Origin: an uncultured Gammaproteobacteria bacterium
GTDB lineage: Bacteria; Pseudomonadota; Gammaproteobacteria; DRLM01
DNA: 64,000 nt
Direction: 5' to 3'
Assembly: GCA_963729605.1 (NCBI GenBank)
Contig: CAVSNY010000007.1
Coordinates: 768,001 to 832,000 of the forward strand
Both the position numbers and the translations under genes were made by a program. Below the pieces are notes generated by a model, which made no database searches, had not been told where the DNA came from, and saw only the letters and a program-made list of their open reading frames with translations. Of this stretch, positions 51,626 to 61,690 are shown piece by piece; the stretch's first letter is position 1; each line of letters starts with the position of its first letter.

Positions 51626-52477
51626 CTACGCCTCGGCGACGATATAGGCGACCCAGCCTTCTTGATTCTCGGCTCGCAGCGTGTCGCGGTAAGTGCCGGT
51701 GCCCTCCCACTGTTCCTCGTCATCGTCGTCGCCCGGGCTTTTCTCGAACTCCTCCCAATAAACATGCACGCGCGAGAACCCCGCCTCCTGCAAGAGTTCG
51801 CGCAGTTCCGGCAAGGTCCATAGCCGCCATTCGTAGGTGAAGGCCTTGCGCAGCATCGAACCGTCGGAAAAACGAAAATGGATGTGGCAGAGGAAATCGT
51901 GGGTGATGGGATTGAACTTGGCCTGATCCCAGATGTAGATAAAATCCTGGTCTTCGATCTCGCGCTCTTCTTCCAGCACGCTCATGGTCTCGGTACCGCC
52001 CAGCAGGTCGAGTACGAACAGGCCGTCCTCCTTCAAACCGGCGCGCACCGTCTCGAAATAATGGCGCAACGCGCCGCGCTGTTTGAACACGCAGTAGCTG
52101 AAATTCATGGCGCAGGTGACGTCGGCCTTGACCGCCAACGGGTCGAGCACATTGGCGTGATGTAGAGCAATCCTATCGCTTACCGCGCGCCCCGCCGGCT
52201 TGAGATTGTGTCGCGTGCCCCAGGCCAAGGTGTCCTGGCAGAGATCGACGCCCACCGCCGTGCGTTTCGGATGCGACTTGACCCACTCCACGCAGAGCAG
52301 CGCCGTGCCGCAGAAATCCTCGCGCAACACGCGGGGTTTTTTGCCGCGCAATTCCTGATAGCGGTCCACGAAAAACTCCACCTCGAAGTCCGCCGCCTGC
52401 ACCGAGTGCTGATAAAGCACATGACGGTCGGCGCGCTGAGCCAGGGTGGCGCCGCGTTTTTTGGGATGTTTTGCCAT
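51626..52477 (-). CDS. Class I SAM-dependent methyltransferase
   Basis: LYQHSVQ, LREDFCGTA, GVDL, AMNFS. Confidence 0.8.
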   Translation of the reverse strand: MAKHPKKRGATLAQRADRHVLYQHSVQAADFEVEFFVDRYQELRGKKPRVLREDFCGTALLCVEWVKSHPKRTAVGVDLCQDTLAWGTRHNLKPAGRAVSDRIALHHANVLDPLAVKADVTCAMNFSYCVFKQRGALRHYFETVRAGLKEDGLFVLDLLGGTETMSVLEEEREIEDQDFIYIWDQAKFNPITHDFLCHIHFRFSDGSMLRKAFTYEWRLWTLPELRELLQEAGFSRVHVYWEEFEKSPGDDDDEEQWEGTGTYRDTLRAENQEGWVAYIVAEA

Positions 52478-52752
52478 GGTGATTGCGCTATGTTGTCGAA
52501 GGTCCGCCATTGTATCGGCGCCGGCGCGGCGCGTCCACGCGGCCGCCGCGCGTTGGGCTGGACCGCCGCCATGGTGCGGCGCCTCTTGCCCGCGGGGTGT
52601 CGGCCTTGTAAAAAGAGGGAGGATGCGGACGCGGAAATTTGCCCTGGAAATTCCCCGTGGGTTGTCGTGGGCGCCGGGCGAGGATTATTACGCGCGCATC
52701 GCGCTGCGCGTGCAATCGTACCATTTGATCGGGCAAGCTTGAGGGCGGAAAA

Positions 52753-53409
52753 ATGAATCGGGATTTTTGGCAGGCACGCTGGGACGAAGGCCGCATCGGC
52801 TTTCATCAAGATGAAATCAATCCTTATCTCGAACGCTATTGGCGGGACGTGAACGTCGCGGCGGGCGGTCGGGTGTGGGTGCCCTTGTGCGGCAAAAGTA
52901 AGGACATGTTATGGCTGCGCCGCCAGGGTCACCCGGTGCTGGGCGTCGAGATCGTTCCTCGCGCCGTGGAGGCCTTTTTCGCGGAGAATGATTTGATCGC
53001 CGAGACCCGCCAACAGGGCGCTTTTACGGTATGGGAAAGCGAGGGCTTCACCCTTTATTGCGGCGACGTTTTTCAACTGACGGCGGCGGACGTGGCCGAC
53101 GTCGCCGGCGTCTACGACCGCGCCTCGCTGATCGCCTTGCCCCCCGCGCTGCGCGAGCGGTATGCCGCCCACCTGCGCGCGATCCTGCCGGCCGCCGCGA
53201 ACATTTTATTGGTGACCATGGATTATCCGCAGGCCGAGATGCAGGGCCCGCCCTACGCCGTGACCGAGCAAGAGGTCGCGGCACTGTACCAAAAATATTT
53301 CGACATTGAACAAGTGCGCGCCGAGGATATCCTGGCGGCCGAACCGCGCTTCCAAGAACAGGGGCTGACGCGTTTGCAGGAGAAGGTGTACGTGCTGAGG
53401 GCGCGTTGA
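52753..53409 (+). CDS. tpm: Thiopurine S-methyltransferase
   Basis: FWQARW..G.IGFHQ, VPLCGKS.D, YDRASLIALP, GPPY. Confidence 0.93.
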   Translation: MNRDFWQARWDEGRIGFHQDEINPYLERYWRDVNVAAGGRVWVPLCGKSKDMLWLRRQGHPVLGVEIVPRAVEAFFAENDLIAETRQQGAFTVWESEGFTLYCGDVFQLTAADVADVAGVYDRASLIALPPALRERYAAHLRAILPAAANILLVTMDYPQAEMQGPPYAVTEQEVAALYQKYFDIEQVRAEDILAAEPRFQEQGLTRLQEKVYVLRAR

Positions 53410-53737
53410 CACCTCGGCGGTGCGCGTCCGGCTATGCGCGGCCCCGCCGTTTGCTTTGCTGATTTGCGGTGGTCGCGCACAGCCAAATAGCTTGTTGCAC
53501 ACCGTTTGCGTGAGTCCGCAAGGATGCTGTCTTTGATGTCGTCTTCCGGGCCGATCGTCGTCATCTTCAGGACGAACGCTAATTGCTTTTTGCGCGGCGA
53601 GGTCACTCGCGGGCGCCGCGATGTGTGGCCCGGCGTGCGTTGAGCCGGCAGGTGGCGCCTATTCGCGGTCGCCGGGCTCGGCTGAGTGGTGTGACGAAGA
53701 CCAAGGGCATGATGCAGGCGCCGGCGATGCCGGGCGA

Positions 53738-54115
53738 TCACGCCTCGTGGGTGCGTGCGCCGCCCAGCCGGAGGGCCGCGATGGCCAGGGCTAGGCATAG
53801 GCCCGCGGCGGTCCAGAGCACACCGCCGAGGTGTATCGTCGCGAGCCAACCGAAACCCGCGCATGCCATCGTTAAAAGAATCGCACTGAGCCAGGGATAA
53901 ACACGCGACAGCGCAACGCCGCCGCCGGTGATCACCGCGAGCAATAACTCGAGTGAGGCCGCGCCTTGCAGCAGCGCATCTTTGTTGGCACGCGCCTCGA
54001 GGTAGAGGGCATAGCCGTGCCAAACCATGAAGATCACGGTGGCGACGCCTGCGAGCGCCAGCCAGCGTCGCGCGTGCGGCATCCATCGGCCGGTATCGGC
54101 TGCCGTCTTGTTCAT
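53738..54115 (-). CDS. Small four-TM hypothetical membrane protein
   Basis: Hydrophobic ORF coupled by ATGA overlap to the upstream gene. Confidence 0.55.
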   Translation of the reverse strand: MNKTAADTGRWMPHARRWLALAGVATVIFMVWHGYALYLEARANKDALLQGAASLELLLAVITGGGVALSRVYPWLSAILLTMACAGFGWLATIHLGGVLWTAAGLCLALAIAALRLGGARTHEA

Positions 54116-54426
54116 GGCCAACGCCACGCGAGTGCGCCCAACAAGCCGAGCAGCGGCCCGAACACCCTGGTAGCGCGCACCCAGTTCTTGGAATACCCGC
54201 CGAGCAGCGTGCACGCGGCGCCGCACAACATCAGCAGGCCCAGGCCGATGCCCGCGCTCAGCAATAAACCCAATGCGGCCCATAACAGCCCGAAGCCTGC
54301 CGCGAGGCAGCATAGGCCGAGCGCGCGGCGCAGTCTGACGGAAGGCAGCAGTGTGCCCGGTTCATAAAACCAGGCGATGCCCGCGCTCAGCCAGCCGCCG
54401 CTCGCAATCAGCAGCCAGCCGGTCAT
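54112..54426 (-). CDS. Small membrane protein (DUF3325-like, common after PepSY-TM genes)
   Basis: Hydrophobic, LRR.LG..CL motif; ATGA overlap with the PepSY gene. Confidence 0.55.
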   Translation of the reverse strand: MTGWLLIASGGWLSAGIAWFYEPGTLLPSVRLRRALGLCCLAAGFGLLWAALGLLLSAGIGLGLLMLCGAACTLLGGYSKNWVRATRVFGPLLGLLGALAWRWP

Positions 54427-55907
54427 GCGTTCGACTCCTGTAATGAGGCTGCATGCGGCGACCCGCGGCGTCGCCGCCACGCCAGCGCGATCAGCGCCGC
54501 GCCGCCGGCATAGCCGGCTTCGACGCCGGTGAAGACGCCGTTGAATGCAACACCGGCGATGACGGTGGCGGCGCAGATCAAGGCCGCGACGCCGAGGCCT
54601 AGCCGCAAGGCCGTGCGCGGCGAGGTCACGGCCAGCGCCGCGGCGCCGAGCCCCCACACGACGAGGAAACAGGTGAACAGCGCATCGGCCGGTTCCCGTT
54701 CGACGCCCGCCAGCGGCGGCCATTGCACGTGAAGCAAGGCCGCGAGCGGCAGCGCGAGCATGGCGAGGGCACCGCCGCCGCCGAGCCCGGCGACCATGCG
54801 CGCGGGCCAGCCGGCGGGCGCGCCGAACAGTCCGGCGTGGCGCGTGCGCCGCTCCGCCCACAGCGACAATCCCGACAGCATCAACGCTGCGGCCGCCAAC
54901 CCAAGCAACGCATAAATCGCTTTGAGGAGTGATCCGCCCCAATCGCCGAAGTGCAGCGGCATCATCATGTCGTGCAGGCGACCGGCGGCATCGTACTCGC
55001 GCGGATCGAGTGTCGCGAGCAGCGCACCGTTCGCAAAATCGAAATCGGCGCCGGCGCGATGGCGCTGCACGAGTTCCCCCGGCAGATCGCCGCGCACCTG
55101 CACGACGACCGGCTGTTTCTTGGGGCGGTGCAAGTCGATGAACACGGGCTGCAAGCCCGGCACCGTGGCTTGCGCTCGCGCGAGCAGCGCATTCAGCGTG
55201 GTGGCGCCGCCGTTGGCGGCCGACGGCGCGTGTGTCTGCTCGGCGACCGCAACGCCGCGCTGGTGTTGAACGAATTCATAAGCGGGAATGATGAGTCCAT
55301 AAAGCCCCAGCCAGACGCCCGTCAGTGCGATGACGAGGTAAAAAGGCAGACCCCACACCGCGAGCGTCTTGTGCGCATCGGACAGCGCGAGCCGCACGCT
55401 GCGGAACCAGCGCTGCGTGAACATTTCGCGCAGAATTTTTTTGTAGAACAGGATACCGCTCAGCAGCGACGCGAGCATCGCGAAGCCCGCGACGCCGATC
55501 AGCCAGCGGCCTTCGTGCCCCATGAACAAACGGGTATGCAGGTTGACGAAGAAATCCGCCAGCAGGCTGTTGCCGGCGCTGACCGTGCGGCCGCAGCGGT
55601 CTATCGCAAGACGCGAGCCGTCCTGCAAGCGGAACAGGTAATGGCCGTGCTCATGTTCGGGCAGCGTGATGCGCCGCAAGGCCTTCACGTCCGCCATTTG
55701 GCTGAACCGCGCGAACACGGCGTCCGCGTCCAGATCACAGCGCTCCGTCTGTGCCTGGACGCGGACCTCCGACCACCGGTTGAGCTCATCCTTGTACACC
55801 GCGAGCGCGCCGCTGACACACAGCAGGAACAGCAGCAGTCCCAATGCGATCCCGCACCAGGTGTGCAATTGATAATGCCGCCGCACGGTGTGTCCTTCCA
55901 TGGCCAT
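54423..55907 (-). CDS. PepSY-associated TM helix protein (iron-regulated, putative heme b reductase)
   Basis: LHTWCG, LHTRL, DAHK, PLHFGDWGG: four conserved His. Confidence 0.88.
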   Translation of the reverse strand: MAMEGHTVRRHYQLHTWCGIALGLLLFLLCVSGALAVYKDELNRWSEVRVQAQTERCDLDADAVFARFSQMADVKALRRITLPEHEHGHYLFRLQDGSRLAIDRCGRTVSAGNSLLADFFVNLHTRLFMGHEGRWLIGVAGFAMLASLLSGILFYKKILREMFTQRWFRSVRLALSDAHKTLAVWGLPFYLVIALTGVWLGLYGLIIPAYEFVQHQRGVAVAEQTHAPSAANGGATTLNALLARAQATVPGLQPVFIDLHRPKKQPVVVQVRGDLPGELVQRHRAGADFDFANGALLATLDPREYDAAGRLHDMMMPLHFGDWGGSLLKAIYALLGLAAAALMLSGLSLWAERRTRHAGLFGAPAGWPARMVAGLGGGGALAMLALPLAALLHVQWPPLAGVEREPADALFTCFLVVWGLGAAALAVTSPRTALRLGLGVAALICAATVIAGVAFNGVFTGVEAGYAGGAALIALAWRRRRGSPHAASLQESNA

Positions 55908-55921
55908 GATGCAAGGTCGGC

Positions 55922-57115
55922 TTAATCCGCCGCCGCGACTTTATTGGCGGGGATGGCCTCCGCCTGCGCGAGCGCGCGGTTCAGTAGCTCGACGGCCTTG
56001 TCCTGATTCTTCATGTCCAGGTGTTCGGAGGCGAGCTTGCGCAGCACGATGGCTTGCAGATAAGGGTCCTTGATCTCATTCGCCAATGCCGTGGTCTTCG
56101 CGACGAGAGCCTGCGCGTCATCCTGCCGCTTCATGCGGTACATGTTTTTGGCGATGCGGATATAGCCTTCGGCGCGGTGATAGGGGTCGGCGATGGCGTC
56201 CGCCGCCGCGATGCCCTGCTCGAAGCGATGGCTCTGGCCGAAATTGCGCGCGATCTCGCTCTGCACCGCATAGGCCTCTTCGCCGGCCGGCAGTCTTTGG
56301 GCGATCTTGACGCCGCGTTCCAAGGCCTGCGCGGCGCGCTCGCGTTCACCTTTTTCCGCCTGTTCCCCACCGAGCATCGCGAGTGCCTTGGCCTGTTGCA
56401 GTGGATTGTCGATGCGATCGACGAGCTGTGCGACTTCATCGAACACGGCGAGCGCCTTGTCGCGATGGCCGACATCCATCAGATGGGCGCCGGCCTCGTT
56501 GAACATGATGGCGCGCTCATAAGGATCGCTGAGGCTTTGCGCGATGCCGTAGGCCTCGTAGACCAGTGGCACCCCTTCGGCGCGCTCGAGGTAGCGGTAG
56601 CCCGCGCCCGTGCCCGACAGCAGCTCCGAGCGCAGCACCAGGTCTTCGACGCGGTGAGAGCGCTCCGCACTCTGCACGAGCAGCTTGCGTGTTAGTTCCG
56701 GCTGTTTGGCCTTGGCGGTCTTGCTCGCGAGCTTCCACGCGGTCTTCACCCATATCTCGGTATCTTCGATGGTGTCGAGCAGCGCGATGGCGCGTTCGAA
56801 ATCACCCGTGGAGGCGATCTCGTTGGCGGTGTGGCCGATGACGTATTCACGCACGTATTTGTCCTTGATGCCGTTCGCAGCCTCCTTCGACCGCTTGAGT
56901 AGCTGCCGGCTCTTCTCTTCCTGCCCCACGCTTTGGTAAAGATTGGCGAGCTGGGCTAACAGCGAGGCCTCTTGGTAAGAGCGGCCGGTGCCGGCGGGGT
57001 CGGCGGCGAGCTGGGTCTCGAGCCTCACGTCTTCATGCGCGAGCAGCGCGGTCGGTTGCAGCAGGCCCAGTGCGCCCGCGATACCGAGCGCCAGCAATAA
57101 GGGTTTTTTCTTCAT
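55922..57115 (-). CDS. Exported TPR-like helical repeat protein
   Basis: Signal peptide ending LLA-HED; ~40-aa repeats A..(I/L).DPY.RA. Confidence 0.75.
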   Translation of the reverse strand: MKKKPLLLALGIAGALGLLQPTALLAHEDVRLETQLAADPAGTGRSYQEASLLAQLANLYQSVGQEEKSRQLLKRSKEAANGIKDKYVREYVIGHTANEIASTGDFERAIALLDTIEDTEIWVKTAWKLASKTAKAKQPELTRKLLVQSAERSHRVEDLVLRSELLSGTGAGYRYLERAEGVPLVYEAYGIAQSLSDPYERAIMFNEAGAHLMDVGHRDKALAVFDEVAQLVDRIDNPLQQAKALAMLGGEQAEKGERERAAQALERGVKIAQRLPAGEEAYAVQSEIARNFGQSHRFEQGIAAADAIADPYHRAEGYIRIAKNMYRMKRQDDAQALVAKTTALANEIKDPYLQAIVLRKLASEHLDMKNQDKAVELLNRALAQAEAIPANKVAAAD

Positions 57116-57169
57116 CGTCGGATTCTCCTTTGGTTAAAAATGCATGTCTCTATTGGCCCGCCGGGGCCG

Positions 57170-59644
57170 CTAGAGCTTCCCTTCCAGCGTCAGGAAGAAC
57201 GAGCGCGCCGAGCCCTCATCCTCCTGTTCGAAAAACACCAGGTTGCCCGCCGCGTCGTAGGTGTGGCGCGGCCGGTTTTTCTCGATCTCGAGCAGATTGA
57301 CCGCGCTCAGGCGCAGGTTGAGCCGTTTGTTCACGCGATGCGCGAGATAGAGATCGAGATAATGCGAGGGCTCCTGACTCTGCACGCGGCGGTTGGCGCC
57401 GACGATGTCGTGCTTCTGCATGGGGCCGACGCGGTTGTAGTTGACGCCAATGTTGCTGCGCCAGGGCTGGTGTTCGTAATCGAAGCCGAGATTGAGGATG
57501 TACGACGGCTGCTCGTTGATGCGGCGTTTCTCGCCCGTGACGCGGTCGCGCGTCGACGAGGCCAGCCACGAGTAGTTGCCGCGCAGCGTGAGGCCGCGGA
57601 GCCCGGCGTCGTCGAGCTTGCGCGAGCCGTCGAGCTCGGCGCCCCACAGCTCGCCGCTGTCGATGTTGACCGGATGCTGTTCCCAGCGGTCGTTGCCGGC
57701 GTTGAACCGGGTCTCCTTCTCGACCAGATCGGTGAGATGGCGATAGAACAGATTCAATGAGGCGACGCCGCGTTTCTCCGCGAAAAACCGCTCCACACTG
57801 GTCTCGATTCCCAGCGCGGTTTCCGGTTTCAGTTCTGGATTCCCGACCTTGTCGGGGTCGTCCTCGGTGCCGCTCTTGATCTCGGAGAACGGCACGAGGT
57901 CGTCGTATTTGGGTCGGCGAATGCTGCGCGTCACGCTCGCGCGCAGATTGGTGGTATCGGTGAGATTGTGCAGGCCGTGCAGCGAAGGTCCGACATGCAG
58001 GTGATCGGCGAGGTCGCGCTCGACGCCGTCATAGTTGCTGTGGCCCTGCACGTATTCGAGCCGCAGCCCCGGCGTGATCACCGTCTTCGGACTGTAGATA
58101 TATTCGTCCTGGATGTAGACGGCGTATTTGTGTTCGCGCACCTCGGCCCGCCGCTCACTGAGGTCACTTTCGTCGAGCCGCTTCCAAGTGCGCTTGGTCT
58201 GATCCCAGTCCGACAGTGTCCACTCGACGCCGCTTTCGAGCGAGTGTTTGCCGCCGATCACCCAGAGGCCCGATCCGCGCGTGCTGATGCCGTGTTCGTA
58301 GGTGCGGTCGAGCGCGCCCGCGGCGAAACTCAGGTCCTGCACCGCGTCGCCGCGCCTGCCCTTGTAGTCTTGCTGGTCCTTGCGCTCGTCCTTGTATTGA
58401 ATCTCGGTGCCGAGCTTGTAACGCGTGTCGGCGTCGGGGCGGTGTTGCCATTCGAGATCGGCCCCCGCGTACTGGCGCACCTTGACCGCGTTCATGAACT
58501 CCTGGTCGCCGAGATTGGCCTTTTTGTGGCGGTTGCGATCCTTGTCCTCTTCGGAATAGAACAGCTTGGGGTCGACGCGGAAGGTGTTGCGGGAGGAGGG
58601 CGTCCATTTGAGGCGCGAGCCCAGTGAATATTCCACGTGTTCGCGCACCTCGAAATCCTGTTCGCGGTTTTTGAGGGTGCCGAGATCGGCGCCATCATAG
58701 TCGCGCCGGTCTTTGGTGCGGACGCCAAAGCGATTCTGCAGGCTGCCGTTCACGGTATAGCCGAAGCGTGGCCCGCTCTCGCCGTAGGAAAAGGCCGCAT
58801 TGCCCATCTTGCCGTCGCCCGGCGCCTCCGGCATGACCCCCGCGCCGAGCTTCCAGGTGACGGTGCGCTCGGTGGGTATTTTTTTCAGCACGATGTTCAC
58901 GGCGCCGGCGATGCCTTGGGCGTCCATGTCCGCGGTCGGCGTGCGGATGATCTCGATGCGCTCGACCTGGCTCGCGGGGAGCTGGTCGATGGCGAACTCG
59001 CGGCCGGTGACGGGACGGCCGTCGAGCAGGATCTGGGTATAGTCCTTGTGCAGGCCGCGGAGGCGGGCGTCGTTGTTCTCGCCGGGCGGTCCGCCGAAAC
59101 TCACGCTCGGCATGCGCCGTATCACCTCGCCCATGCTGACATCGCCGAACTTCTCGATCTCGCCGGAGCCGATGATGATCTTCGCCGCGGAGAGGCTCTG
59201 GCGCTCGTCCATTTCATCGAAGGTACTGCGTACCATGATCTCCGGCATGACCAAGGCCGGATCGGTGGCGCGCGCCTCGATGGCGATGGTGCCGTTCGCC
59301 GTCACGCGGTAACTCAGGTCGGTGCCGATCAGGAGCAGGCGCAGCGCCTGTTCGACACTGTAGTTGCCGCTGAGGCCCTGGGTATGCCGGTCGCGCACGC
59401 TCGCGAGATCGAAACTGATCGCGAGGCCCATTTCCTGTTTGAGCCGCAACAGGGCGGCCGCCAGCTCACCGGGCGGGATGTCGAAGCTTTTGGTCTCCGA
59501 CGAAAACTGGAGCTGGCTGGCGCCGCTGTCGCGCTGCGCGAGCCGCAAATCCTCGGCGAACGCCGCCGACCACGGTAGACACGAAATGAAGACGAATGCA
59601 CTGGCGGCCGAAGAGCTCCGCGGCCTGAATACTCCCTTGGTCAT
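57170..59644 (-). CDS. TonB-dependent receptor with N-terminal STN signalling domain
   Basis: FDIPPG.L..AL...GL.G....ALR.LL.GT.L (STN); VERIEIIR plug; GNPELKPE; beta-barrel C-terminus. Confidence 0.92.
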   Translation of the reverse strand: MTKGVFRPRSSSAASAFVFISCLPWSAAFAEDLRLAQRDSGASQLQFSSETKSFDIPPGELAAALLRLKQEMGLAISFDLASVRDRHTQGLSGNYSVEQALRLLLIGTDLSYRVTANGTIAIEARATDPALVMPEIMVRSTFDEMDERQSLSAAKIIIGSGEIEKFGDVSMGEVIRRMPSVSFGGPPGENNDARLRGLHKDYTQILLDGRPVTGREFAIDQLPASQVERIEIIRTPTADMDAQGIAGAVNIVLKKIPTERTVTWKLGAGVMPEAPGDGKMGNAAFSYGESGPRFGYTVNGSLQNRFGVRTKDRRDYDGADLGTLKNREQDFEVREHVEYSLGSRLKWTPSSRNTFRVDPKLFYSEEDKDRNRHKKANLGDQEFMNAVKVRQYAGADLEWQHRPDADTRYKLGTEIQYKDERKDQQDYKGRRGDAVQDLSFAAGALDRTYEHGISTRGSGLWVIGGKHSLESGVEWTLSDWDQTKRTWKRLDESDLSERRAEVREHKYAVYIQDEYIYSPKTVITPGLRLEYVQGHSNYDGVERDLADHLHVGPSLHGLHNLTDTTNLRASVTRSIRRPKYDDLVPFSEIKSGTEDDPDKVGNPELKPETALGIETSVERFFAEKRGVASLNLFYRHLTDLVEKETRFNAGNDRWEQHPVNIDSGELWGAELDGSRKLDDAGLRGLTLRGNYSWLASSTRDRVTGEKRRINEQPSYILNLGFDYEHQPWRSNIGVNYNRVGPMQKHDIVGANRRVQSQEPSHYLDLYLAHRVNKRLNLRLSAVNLLEIEKNRPRHTYDAAGNLVFFEQEDEGSARSFFLTLEGKL

Positions 59645-59668
59645 GCTGTCCCCCCGGAAACTATTGTT

Positions 59669-59716
59669 GTTAACGATTCTCATTATCATTATTTACTAAC
59701 TGAGAATTATTATCAA
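59669..59716 (-). promoter_or_regulatory. Fur-box array upstream of the TonB receptor operon
   Basis: Minus strand GATAATGAGAATCGTTAAC matches GATAATGATAATCATTATC at 16/19; a second site TGAGAATTATTATC is adjacent. Confidence 0.85.
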
Positions 59717-60009
59717 TAGGCGGGGACGAATTTGGTGTAAATAACCGCCGTTGGCTGTCATGGTCGGGAAGGGACGCTGACAGGAGCGGAGGGCACGTGG
59801 ATCGGATGGAGGGAATGACCCGGAGGCGAGGCATCGACCGCGGGCGGCCGCGCGGCTGCCATCCCACTCGTAGAGGTCAGATGCCGCTGGATTTCATGAC
59901 CGCGTCCGGCCGGCGCCTGGAGTCGCGGTCTACTCGGGTCTCGCGGAGGTGGTTACGGCGCGCCTCGACGGCGGATCGGCTGCGAGGCGGCTAGGCCCGT
60001 CACCTTTGC

Positions 60010-60780
60010 TTATCGGCCATATTGACGTTGGATCTCGCGCAGCCGCGGCACGGCGAGCCCCGCCGCGTCGGCATGAGCCAGCGCGCGTTGCAGCCGCGCC
60101 GGCGCCGTGCGGCCCATGCACTTGTGTTCGGGGTCGGCGGCGAAGGCCTCGAGCATGCCGTCGATCAGCCGGGCGCGCGGCAGCTCGCGGCCGGTGAGCC
60201 ACGCCTGTATGTCCATGACGTCGTCGGCGAGCGCGCGGGCGAGGGTCTCGTGGTTGCGCCACAACTCGCTCACGGTGCCGCCGGTGACGAGACCGGCGAT
60301 GTTGATGGTGAGGATGTAGACGTTCTTGCGCACGAGTTCGTATAGCAGCTCGTCGTCGCTCGCGAGCGTGCGGGCCGGAATGCCGACCGCCGTCAACGCG
60401 TCGCTGATGGTCGCGGCATGCGGACCGGCGGCCGGCGACGGCAGCAGCACCTTGCTGTCCATGCCCTTTTTCTTTTCGAACCACACGGCGATCACGGTGG
60501 GATCGGCGATGTCGTGGGCTTGCCAGTCGCGCGGCAGCAGTTCGTTTTGCAGCAAACAGAGACGGTCGCGCCACGCCGGCGGGATCGCGGCGAGCGTCGC
60601 GTGCAAATCGTCTTCGGCGACCGCGACCAACACAAGCCGTGGTGCAGGCATCTGCGCGGCGGCGCGCGTCATGTCCATGCCGCGGGTGATGGGGTAGACC
60701 GGATGGCCGCCGCGGAGGAAACCGCGGGCGAATACGTTGCCCAGTTCGCCCAAGCCGATGATGACGACCGGTTGTTGCAT
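60010..60780 (-). CDS. Rossmann-fold protein, ketopantoate reductase-like
   Basis: IIGLGELG, LVLVAV, LLQNEL; RBS AGGAG. Confidence 0.65.
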   Translation of the reverse strand: MQQPVVIIGLGELGNVFARGFLRGGHPVYPITRGMDMTRAAAQMPAPRLVLVAVAEDDLHATLAAIPPAWRDRLCLLQNELLPRDWQAHDIADPTVIAVWFEKKKGMDSKVLLPSPAAGPHAATISDALTAVGIPARTLASDDELLYELVRKNVYILTINIAGLVTGGTVSELWRNHETLARALADDVMDIQAWLTGRELPRARLIDGMLEAFAADPEHKCMGRTAPARLQRALAHADAAGLAVPRLREIQRQYGR

Positions 60781-60945
60781 GATGACTCCTTAAGTTTAAA
60801 TTTGTCGTGTTGCCGCGCGCAGTGAGTGCTTTACGCAGGCGCGAATTTAAACACGCGGATTAGTTGTTACGCGATGGTGAAATAATCTGTTTGGAAACCG
60901 GTTCAAAATTTAAATACATCCCAAGCGGAACTGATGCGTCATTCT

Positions 60946-61067
60946 CCCTCTCCCGCGGGCGGGAGAGGGTAGGGGTGAGGGCGCGGCGATGATGCCCATC
61001 ACTACCTGAGAGTGTCTTTCTTCTCTCTTCCCTCGTCATGGCCCTTTCCTGCTGGCGGGAGAGGGGA
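60946..61067. repeat. BoxC-like palindromic repeat pair
   Basis: CCCTCTCCCGCGGGCGGGAGAGGGTAGGGGTGAGGG and a degenerate CCCTTTCCTGCTGGCGGGAGAGGGGA. Confidence 0.7.
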
Positions 61068-61134
61068 CGCGTTTCCTTCCCGCGAAAGCGCAACCGGTTT
61101 TCAGGGCGTAGTGGATACGCGCAACGCGGCGCGT

Positions 61135-61683
61135 TCAGTTCCAACTCCGTTGCCAGAGGGTTTCTTGTTTACCAAGCTCGCGGGTAATCACTCGCGCCAG
61201 TACGAATAATAAATCCGAAAGCCGGTTGAGATAAATCAGGGCGTGTCCGTTGATGCTGGAGTGCCGCTGCAGGGCGACCACCCGCCGTTCGGCGCGCCGG
61301 CACACGGCGCGGACGAAATGGCAGGTGGTCGCTTCCAAGCCGCCGCCGGGCAGGATGAATTCCTTGAGGTGGGGCAGGTCGGCGTTGTAGTGGTCGATGA
61401 GTCGCTCCAGCCGTTCGATGTCGGCCGGGCTGATCATGCTATGGCCCGGGATGCACAGCTCGCCGCCGACGTTGAATAAATCGTGCTGAACGCGGATGAG
61501 ATGGCCGTGGATGGCGTCGGGCAGTTTGTACGACAGGAGTACGCCGAGCGCGCTGTTGAGTTCATCGACGTCGCCGTAGGCCTCGACGCGGGGATCGTCT
61601 TTGCCGACGCGGCTGCCGTCGCCGAGCCCGGTGTCGCCGGCGTCGCCGGTGCGGGTGTAGATTTTGGAAAGGCGGTTGCCCAT
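61135..61683 (-). CDS. pduO: PduO-type ATP:cob(I)alamin adenosyltransferase
   Basis: KIYTRTGDAG.T, GDVDELNS, FILPGG, RRAER, YLNRLSD. Confidence 0.93.
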   Translation of the reverse strand: MGNRLSKIYTRTGDAGDTGLGDGSRVGKDDPRVEAYGDVDELNSALGVLLSYKLPDAIHGHLIRVQHDLFNVGGELCIPGHSMISPADIERLERLIDHYNADLPHLKEFILPGGGLEATTCHFVRAVCRRAERRVVALQRHSSINGHALIYLNRLSDLLFVLARVITRELGKQETLWQRSWN

Positions 61684-61690
61684 GTCGACC

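Noticed and set aside
53410-53737. Possible gene remnant (LAFVLKMTTIGPEDDIKDSILADS) on the minus strand
   Set aside because: No recognisable family, start codon or RBS
59720-60009. Expected fecI/fecR remnant upstream of the TonB receptor
   Set aside because: No ECF sigma or FecR motifs recognisable in any frame
60794-60852. GTTTAAATT...AATTTAAAC inverted repeat
   Set aside because: Only about 9-10 bp and single; cannot distinguish an operator, mini-element or chance
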